Assembly (NCBI GenBank): GCA_963777155.1
Contig: CAVZPM010000027.1
Coordinates: 1 to 22,849, forward strand
Direction: 5' to 3'
Source: Candidatus Bathyarchaeota archaeon
GTDB taxonomy: Archaea; Thermoproteota; Bathyarchaeia; Bathyarchaeales; Bathycorpusculaceae
DNA: 22,849 bases
Under the pieces are notes generated by a model. The model had not been told where the DNA came from. It saw nothing but the letters and a program-made list of their open reading frames with translations, and searched no databases. This document shows positions 16,361 to 22,849 of the stretch, piece after piece (the stretch's first letter is position 1; each line of letters begins with the position of its first letter). Made by a program: the position numbers and the translations under genes.

Positions 16361-17099
16361 GTTTCTTTCTGTACTCTCTTAGCTGCAGCATATCTAATTC
16401 TGCGGTTAGCAATGAATCTTCAGGCGCATCCGAAACCTCGCCAAGTATGCCCCAAGGAGCTACAATGGCGCTTCTTCCTCCACGCATATTCGAGCAAACA
16501 TTCCCAACTTTAAGCACAAACAAACCATACTCACGTGCCATTCCCTCCGTCAAAGGATGCCCTTTAACGACTGGGTGAGTACCCATGGCGGCTACTGGTA
16601 GAGAAACAATTTCCGCGCCCAAGTTTGCAACTTTTCTTATGAGGTCGGGATCAAAGGAGTCGGCGCAAACAATCATCCCGATTTTGCCTAATTCAGTTTC
16701 TACTACAAGTGGTTGGGTGCCTTTGGCAACACCCGCTGCAATCTCTGCCTTTATAGGGTTTATTTTTTTGTATTTTGCTATGAGTTGACCATTTTTCCAG
16801 AGTGTGCTGGTGTTATAGTATTTGTCATTGTCTTCTTGTAGAACTGTGCCTCCTAGGAGGTAGATTTCGCCAATCGTTTTGGAGATTTCTTGTAGAAACT
16901 GGAGCGTTTTTGTGCTGGTTTCGTGTGATATTTTCGGGGCATCAGTGAAGTCAGCCATGCAGTTTGGGACGGTGAAGTATTCGGGGAGAGCAATTATGGC
17001 TGGTTTTTTTTCTGCGGCTTTGAGAACGGCGGTTTTGGCGGCTGTCAGGTTGTCTTCTAGTGTGTCGCGTATTTCCATGTGGAGTATGGTGACTTTCAT
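16347..17099 (-). CDS. Carbon-nitrogen hydrolase (nitrilase superfamily)
   Basis: The Glu-Lys-Cys triad is present (LPEYF, YKKINP, IVCADSF), along with YYNTS and GRSAIVAPWG. Confidence 0.92.
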   Translation of the reverse strand: MKVTILHMEIRDTLEDNLTAAKTAVLKAAEKKPAIIALPEYFTVPNCMADFTDAPKISHETSTKTLQFLQEISKTIGEIYLLGGTVLQEDNDKYYNTSTLWKNGQLIAKYKKINPIKAEIAAGVAKGTQPLVVETELGKIGMIVCADSFDPDLIRKVANLGAEIVSLPVAAMGTHPVVKGHPLTEGMAREYGLFVLKVGNVCSNMRGGRSAIVAPWGILGEVSDAPEDSLLTAELDMLQLREYRKKLSKS

Positions 17100-17317
17100 T
17101 TGGAAAGCCTCGGTTTATAGTATTATGACTTTTGTTTTTGAACATTTAAACTTAGTTGATGGCGATGTATAATTGATTCTTTTGGCTGATTGGTGGTCGT
17201 TTGTTCAACATTATTTTTGGTTTCAGCACAGATGTCTATCAATTGACGCCTTTTATATGCATGCGGATAAACTTAAATACTGCCTGAACGACAAACACTG
17301 TAATGCGAGTGACAGAA

Positions 17318-18301
17318 ATGACGTTTAATGAATCAGAAGTTAACAAACTCTTGCCTGACGTTAAAACGTTAGTCAACAAAGTCGTCAAGAAAAACATGGC
17401 AGATGGCTTCCTTTTCTCCGCTGGAACAGACACCCAAATAATTGCCTATGAAGCAGTTAAATACAAACCCGACATCCCATGCTTAACATTAGCCTTCAAA
17501 CATGGACAACCTAAAGACACTGAATACGTCAAAAAGATGGTTGAACTCCTACACCTAAAACATGAAACCTACCAATTCGGCAAAGAAGACGTAATGAAAT
17601 TTTTCCCCAAAGTTGTGGAAGCACTTAAGAAATATGACCCCATGGAAATCCGAAATAGCCTCCCAGTTTACATTGGCTTAACCTTGCTAAAACCCAAAGG
17701 CATAAAGACCGTTTTCACAGGTGACGCATTGGACGAGCTTTTCGGTTACCCCTGGCAATTCCATCTATCGGAAGAACAGTTCGCGGTAAAGCAACAGGAA
17801 ATGTGGGCCGAAATGGGTTTCTCTTCATTCCCGATGGCGGAATCTCTTGGAATGCAAATCAAAGCACCCTACCGAGACCCAGAATTTATGGATTGGGCAA
17901 TGAAGCTACCTATCAAATACAAGATTAACATGTACAACGGTGTAAAATACAGCAAGTGGATTTTACGCAAAGCATACGAAGACGTCATACCTAACGACAT
18001 CATCTGGAGACCTAAAGCACCACTTGAAGCAGGAACCGGAACAGAAACATTGCGAACATACTTCAATGACATGATAACTGACAAGGAGTTCAACGAAAAG
18101 AAAACCGCTATCAAAGCAGCAGACGATGTGGAAATTCAGGACAAAGAACAGTTACTCTACTACGAGGTCTTCCGCAAGAAGTTCGGCAAACCCAAAGATG
18201 TCTTCCCCAAGGTTGAAGGTGCAGTTCAGTGCCCCAAGTGCCATAGCTACATTAAAACTAAAATACAGTTCTGCAAGACTTGCGGAGCTTACCCCATCTA
18301 A
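17318..18301 (+). CDS. Stand-alone asparagine synthase C-terminal (N-type ATP pyrophosphatase) domain protein with a C-terminal zinc ribbon
   Basis: Contains the PP-loop variant LFSAGTDT, TGDALDELFGY, APYRDP, KWILRKAY and IIWRPKAP, then CPKC...FCKTCGAYP. There is no N-terminal glutaminase domain. The start is ATG 17318 or 17303. Confidence 0.85.
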   Translation: MTFNESEVNKLLPDVKTLVNKVVKKNMADGFLFSAGTDTQIIAYEAVKYKPDIPCLTLAFKHGQPKDTEYVKKMVELLHLKHETYQFGKEDVMKFFPKVVEALKKYDPMEIRNSLPVYIGLTLLKPKGIKTVFTGDALDELFGYPWQFHLSEEQFAVKQQEMWAEMGFSSFPMAESLGMQIKAPYRDPEFMDWAMKLPIKYKINMYNGVKYSKWILRKAYEDVIPNDIIWRPKAPLEAGTGTETLRTYFNDMITDKEFNEKKTAIKAADDVEIQDKEQLLYYEVFRKKFGKPKDVFPKVEGAVQCPKCHSYIKTKIQFCKTCGAYPI

Positions 18302-18322
18302 TCTTTTCTTATTTTTTTGTTA
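18302..18322 (+). terminator. Oligo-T terminator
   Basis: The tract tcttttcttatttttttgtt follows the stop codon. Confidence 0.45.
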
Positions 18323-18406
18323 TCTCCTCTAATATCTGCGACTTTTTGGGAAAAGACTTAATTCTTTAACTTGTCAATTGTGAAAAACAACGTGAGGTAA
18401 AATTGC

Positions 18407-19450
18407 TTGGCTAGTCTGTCCCAACTCAAGTTTGCGATGGCAACATCCATCTTCCTATCTGCCTTCATATTCGGACTCTTAGTTTTTGTCATCGTTTACT
18501 TCCTACAGCTAGACGTTTTCACAGGTTTACTTGTAGCGTTAGGTGGCTCTGCACTTTTTATTCTATTTCAGTATGCGGTTGGTCCAGTGATTGTTGCCTC
18601 AACGACACGACTACATTACTTAAAGCCTGGGGAGAACCCGTGGCTTGAATCAACCGTTAAAGAATTAGCGGATAAAAGCGGCATACCTATGCCCAAACTA
18701 GCCACTGTTCCAAACAGTACGCCAAACGCTTTTACTTTTGGACGAACCACAAGTAGCGCCACTTTAGCGGTGCATGAAGGGCTTCTGCAACAGCTGAACG
18801 AAAACGAGGTAAAAGGTGTAATAGCCCACGAGTTAGGGCATATCAAACACAAAGACTACATTGTTATGACAGTACTTTCTGCCTTACCCCTGATTGCATA
18901 TATTATTGCGCAGGTAGCCTTGCGTGCAGGCGCTTTTAGCGGTGGACGAAGAAACAGCAAAGATAACTCAGGAGCCGCCTTGATCATAATTGGCGTGATC
19001 TCTTTTGCTGTTTACATAGTTACATTCCTTATCGTGATGCGGCTCAGCCGACTCAGGGAGCATTATGCCGATGCCTATTCAGCTTATGTGACGGGTCAAC
19101 CGCGAGAACTGGAGAGCGCCTTGGCAAAAATAACCTACGGTTTATCTGTCTCGCCAAAACCGCCAGAGGGAGCACGTGCATTCTACATTGAAGATCCTGG
19201 TCAAGCAAAACAAGAAGTAGCGGGTATAATGGATAAGAAAGATGAATACGACCTTGACCACGACGGCGTGCTGGACGAGCGTGAGTTGCAATTGGCGATG
19301 GAGAAAGAATCCAAATCGACTTGGGTTCAAATGAACAGCTTGTTTGCTACACATCCACCGACGTTTAAACGTATTTTGTTATTGAAGGAAATTGAACAGG
19401 AAATGAATACTGGCAAATACAGCAATGACCAAATGTACTCTCATGTGTAA
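18407..19450 (+). CDS. htpX: HtpX family (M48) membrane zinc metalloprotease
   Basis: Contains PNAFTFG, AHELGHIKH (HExxH), SRLREHYAD and LFATHPP, with four TM segments. Confidence 0.94.
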   Translation: MASLSQLKFAMATSIFLSAFIFGLLVFVIVYFLQLDVFTGLLVALGGSALFILFQYAVGPVIVASTTRLHYLKPGENPWLESTVKELADKSGIPMPKLATVPNSTPNAFTFGRTTSSATLAVHEGLLQQLNENEVKGVIAHELGHIKHKDYIVMTVLSALPLIAYIIAQVALRAGAFSGGRRNSKDNSGAALIIIGVISFAVYIVTFLIVMRLSRLREHYADAYSAYVTGQPRELESALAKITYGLSVSPKPPEGARAFYIEDPGQAKQEVAGIMDKKDEYDLDHDGVLDERELQLAMEKESKSTWVQMNSLFATHPPTFKRILLLKEIEQEMNTGKYSNDQMYSHV

Positions 19451-19546
19451 AAAATCTCTTTTTTGGCTGAATTTGTTAAAATTCATGCGAAGACTAATAT
19501 CTCCGCAGTAGCGATTAACTAACAAACCTCAATCGAGGAGCCAAAA

Positions 19547-19753
19547 ATGGTAAATTACTGTCCAGAATGCGGCGGAGAAATCCAGTATATCTCTTTGACT
19601 AAGCACTATGTCTGCAAAAGCTGCGGCTTATCCTGTACAGGGCAGGAACTTAACGATTTACATGACAAGAACAGGCCAGCCCAAGAGACCGAGGAAGAAG
19701 TTAGACAGGCCCGCCGTAAAGAATACCTAAAATGGTACCTTAGCAAAAAATAA
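19547..19753 (+). CDS. Small zinc-ribbon protein
   Basis: A gaggag SD site precedes the ATG. The protein has YCPECGG...YVCKSCG and a charged helical tail. Confidence 0.8.
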   Translation: MVNYCPECGGEIQYISLTKHYVCKSCGLSCTGQELNDLHDKNRPAQETEEEVRQARRKEYLKWYLSKK

Positions 19754-19909
19754 GACTTTCCCGAAAGGGAATGAGCCTTTTTATTAGCCTTGACTCTGTT
19801 TGTTAAGAAGCAAGGCGCTAGTGTAATAGTTACACGCTTACTTGATTAGTTAACGAACGGTATAAAAAGAAAAATAATGCTACCCTTAACATCTCGCTGA
19901 GGAAGAGAT

Positions 19910-20728
19910 ATGTCAACAACCATTGAAATCATCTGCGTTGGTAACGAATTACTCATTGGAAAAATAAAAGATACAAACGCACACTTCTTAGCCAAACAAG
20001 CAACACTGCTTGGTGCCAACGTCAAACGGGTTATAGTGGTCCAAGACATCATACCAGAAATCGCCAGCACCATCTGCGAATCCATAGCCCGAAAACCAAA
20101 GTTTATAATCACAACAGGCGGGTTAGGACCAACTTTTGACGATAAGACTCTCCAGGGTCTCGGCAAGGCGATAGGTCAGGAATTGGAGGTCAACCCAGAA
20201 GCTCTAGCTATGGTTAAACAAAAATGTGTGGACTATGCCAAAAAACGAGGGTTGCCAACAGACATTGAGTTGACGCCACCAAGAGTAAAAATGGCAACGT
20301 TGCCTAAGAAAACTAAGCTTGTCAACAACCCAATTGGAACAGCGCCGGGGGTACGGTACGATGCTCAGGAAACAGTTCTGTTTTTTTTGCCAGGTGTACC
20401 AAATGAAATGGAAGCAATCTTCTGCGAAACTATTGCTCCAATCATAAAGCAGATTGTAGGCGATAGGGTTTTTTGTGAGAGAAGCCTTTTCGCGGATAAC
20501 ATCTTTGAGTCACGTCTGGCACCCTTAATCGATCAAGTGATGAGTGATAATTTGGGGGTTTATGTAAAGTCCCATCCGATACGTACTGAAAACAAGCCTC
20601 ATTTAGAGTTACATCTAACCATTACAGCAAGCAAAGAGCAAAATCCTGAGGAAAAACTTCTCAAAGTGGCTAAGGAGCTTGCAACATTAATCGAAGAGAA
20701 CGAGGGACTTGTTACCTCAGAGTCTTGA
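19910..20728 (+). CDS. CinA N-terminal-type (molybdopterin-binding-like) pyrophosphatase
   Basis: Contains EIICVGNELLIGKIKDTNA, TTGGLGPTFDDKT, NPIGTAPG and LPGVPNEM. There is no C-terminal PncC domain. Confidence 0.9.
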   Translation: MSTTIEIICVGNELLIGKIKDTNAHFLAKQATLLGANVKRVIVVQDIIPEIASTICESIARKPKFIITTGGLGPTFDDKTLQGLGKAIGQELEVNPEALAMVKQKCVDYAKKRGLPTDIELTPPRVKMATLPKKTKLVNNPIGTAPGVRYDAQETVLFFLPGVPNEMEAIFCETIAPIIKQIVGDRVFCERSLFADNIFESRLAPLIDQVMSDNLGVYVKSHPIRTENKPHLELHLTITASKEQNPEEKLLKVAKELATLIEENEGLVTSES

Positions 20729-20912
20729 GAAAGAAAACGGCGATTTTAATATATAACCATTTAAGCAAAAGTGGTTTTCTCAACAGCGAATGTCTCCTCG
20801 TGTGTAAGTATGAAAGGGAAGTACCTCAGAGAATTCACTTTTGCGGCAAGACATATAAAAAATCACAGTTGAGCAGAAGCTAGAAAAAATAAAAAGTTGA
20901 AAAGAGAAGAAA

Positions 20913-22091
20913 TTATGGTTTTTTGGCTTTTTCCAACTCTTTTTTAAGCAGGTCAGCCTTGTCAGTCTTTTCCCAAGGGAACTCTACGTCTTCGCGGCCA
21001 AAGTGACCAAAGACAGCTGTTTTTTTGTAGATGGGCCTTAGCAGGTCTAGATGGTCAATTATTGCTTTAGGTCGCATATCAAAGTATTTCATGACCAAAG
21101 CTAAGATTTGTTCGTCTGGGAGTTTGCCTGTCTCATTAGTGCTTACCAACACCGATATTGGTTGGGCAACGCCGATAGCGTAGGAAATCTGGACTTCACA
21201 TTGTTCAGCTAATCCTGAAGCAACGACGTTTTTGGCGATGTATCTTGCCATGTAACAGCCAGAACGATCGACTTTTGATGGGTCTTTGCCGCTGAAGCAT
21301 CCGCCTCCGTGGCTTCCAACTCCACCGTAAGTATCAACGATGATTTTTCTTCCTGTTAAACCTGAGTCGGCAAGGGTTCCGCCAATGACGAATCTGCCTG
21401 TGCCGTTAATGACGTATTTTATGTCTTCAGCCAACATGTTTGGCGGGATTACATATTTAATGACCTTTTCGATTACATCTTTCTTTAGTGTCGCATCGTC
21501 GACTTTACCGTTATTCTGTGCAGCAATGACTACGGTTTTTACGCATTTTGGTTTGCAGCAATCATATTCAACAGTAACCTGAGATTTGCAGTCCGGTCGA
21601 AGATAAGGCATGATTTTTGTTTTTCTACATTCCGCTAGACGTTTAACAAGTTTATGCGCTAGTACAATGGGCAACGGCATGAGTTCTTTTGTCTCATTAG
21701 ATGCATACCCAAAAACCATCCCTTGGTCTCCAGCACCTTGCTCGTGACCTTTAGACTCAGTTACTCCCATCGAAATGTCCGGAGACTGCTCAGTTAATGA
21801 AACTAAAACACCGCATGTTTCCCAATCCAAACCATCCTTTGCATTGTCAAACCCAATTTCCTGCAGAGTTTGGCGGACAATTTTTGGGATATTAACGTAG
21901 GAGCAAGTTGTTATTTGACCCGTAATCATTACTGTTCCCTGCATGACAAGGGTTTCACAGTCTACACGCGCTTTGGGGTCATGGGTGAATATTGCGTCTA
22001 AAACGCTGTCGGATATTTGGTCTGCGACTTTATCAGGGTGACCTTCTCCAACTGATTCGGATGTGAACAAGTATCTTCCATTTTTTCTCAT
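20913..22091 (-). CDS. metK: S-adenosylmethionine synthetase, bacterial/eukaryotic type
   Basis: Contains [50 protein letters not shown] and FGHFGR. The likely start is ATG 22091. Confidence 0.96.
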   Translation of the reverse strand: MRKNGRYLFTSESVGEGHPDKVADQISDSVLDAIFTHDPKARVDCETLVMQGTVMITGQITTCSYVNIPKIVRQTLQEIGFDNAKDGLDWETCGVLVSLTEQSPDISMGVTESKGHEQGAGDQGMVFGYASNETKELMPLPIVLAHKLVKRLAECRKTKIMPYLRPDCKSQVTVEYDCCKPKCVKTVVIAAQNNGKVDDATLKKDVIEKVIKYVIPPNMLAEDIKYVINGTGRFVIGGTLADSGLTGRKIIVDTYGGVGSHGGGCFSGKDPSKVDRSGCYMARYIAKNVVASGLAEQCEVQISYAIGVAQPISVLVSTNETGKLPDEQILALVMKYFDMRPKAIIDHLDLLRPIYKKTAVFGHFGREDVEFPWEKTDKADLLKKELEKAKKP

Positions 22092-22252
22092 TGGATTCTC
22101 TCTTCCGTTCAATCGTATGATAGGCATAGTAACTTGCCATTTTTCTTAAAAGGCTTTCGACAATGCAGACAACTATTCGACAAACAAATTTAAGGCAGAT
22201 GCTTTACAAAAACCATTTTTAGTCCTAAACTAACAAACACAAAGGGATACCG

Positions 22253-22368
22253 ATGAAAAGAACTGTGATTAACCAAAATGCACCAAAACCCCTTGGTCCT
22301 TACAGTCAAGCTGTGGAAGCTGGAAATTTCCTATTTGTTTCAGGACAACTGGCTATTGATCCAATGGA
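22253..22368 (+). pseudogene. RidA/YjgF family protein, 5' fragment only
   Basis: [37 protein letters not shown] matches the RidA N-terminus. The sequence then switches abruptly to antisense metK. Confidence 0.85.
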
Positions 22369-22849
22369 CTTTGCCGCTGAAGCATCCGCCTCCGTGGCTT
22401 CCAACTCCACCGTAAGTATCAACGATGATTTTTCTTCCTGTTAAACCTGAGTCGGCAAGGGTTCCGCCGATGACGAATCTGCATCGTCCCGTTAATGACA
22501 TATTTTATATCTTCAGCTAGCATATTTGGCGGAATTACGTATTTGATGACTTTTTCAATTACATCTTTCTTTAGTGTGGCGTCGTCGACTTTGCCATTAT
22601 TTTGTGCAGCGATAACTACGGTTTTGACACATTTTGGTTTGCAACAGTCATATTCAACAGTGACCTGGGATTTGCAGTCTGGCCGCAGATAGGGCATAAT
22701 TTTTGTTTTTCTACACTCTGCTAAGCGTTTAACAAGTTTATGTCCTAGTATAATGGGTAGCGGCATGAGTTCTTTTGTCTCGTTTGAAGCATAGCCGAAA
22801 ACCATCCCTTGGTCACCTGCACCTTGCTCGTGACCTTTAGTCTCGGTTA
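22369..22849 (-). pseudogene. metK: Second, partial metK copy (direct repeat of 21284..21763), 3'-truncated and running off the window
   Basis: Aligns to 21284-21763. The first ~100 nt are identical and the rest differs mostly at synonymous sites. There is a 1-nt insertion near 22484. Confidence 0.9.

Noticed and set aside
19846-20166. 106-aa minus-strand ORF
   Set aside because: It is an antisense shadow of the CinA-like gene.
22092-22252. Possible SAM riboswitch upstream of metK
   Set aside because: No recognisable SAM aptamer motifs were seen; the region looks like a plain divergent promoter.
1-22849. CRISPR array, tRNA, rRNA, IS element or integrase
   Set aside because: No regularly spaced repeats, cloverleaf motifs, or transposase or recombinase motifs were seen by eye.

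Overview
Archaeal chromosomal segment, most consistent with Bathyarchaeia (TACK). This is inferred from aIF-1A, rpL35Ae, an MtrH-family methyltransferase, oligo-T terminators and TATA promoters, and it is not database-verified. From left to right the window holds: (i) an intact terminase large subunit gene with a split HTH gene (candidate small subunit) and a few small Cys-rich or membrane genes; (ii) two tandem, heavily frameshifted GT-C-like membrane glycosyltransferase genes; (iii) a cap-less corrinoid protein plus MtrH-like methyltransferase pair, a DUF1616-like gene and a B12-binding radical SAM gene; (iv) a cluster of microproteins, several missed by the ORF track (C2H2 zinc finger, a 54-aa basic protein, a 45-aa Cys/basic protein, a LysW-like protein), around aIF-1A and rpL35Ae; (v) the best candidate for an undescribed system, in which two paralogous Cys-ligand TIM-barrel proteins flank a ferredoxin and a CbiZ fused to a degenerate CobZ-like domain, followed by a nitrilase and a stand-alone asparagine-synthase-type ATP pyrophosphatase; (vi) HtpX with an EF-hand, a Zn-ribbon protein, a CinA N-terminal-type protein, a bacterial-type MetK, and a RidA gene cut off by a second, synonymously diverged metK copy. 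Frameshifts are dense from about 1.7 to 12.6 kb and absent from 12.8 to 22.3 kb. Many of the broken genes and the terminal metK duplication may therefore be long-read or assembly artefacts.
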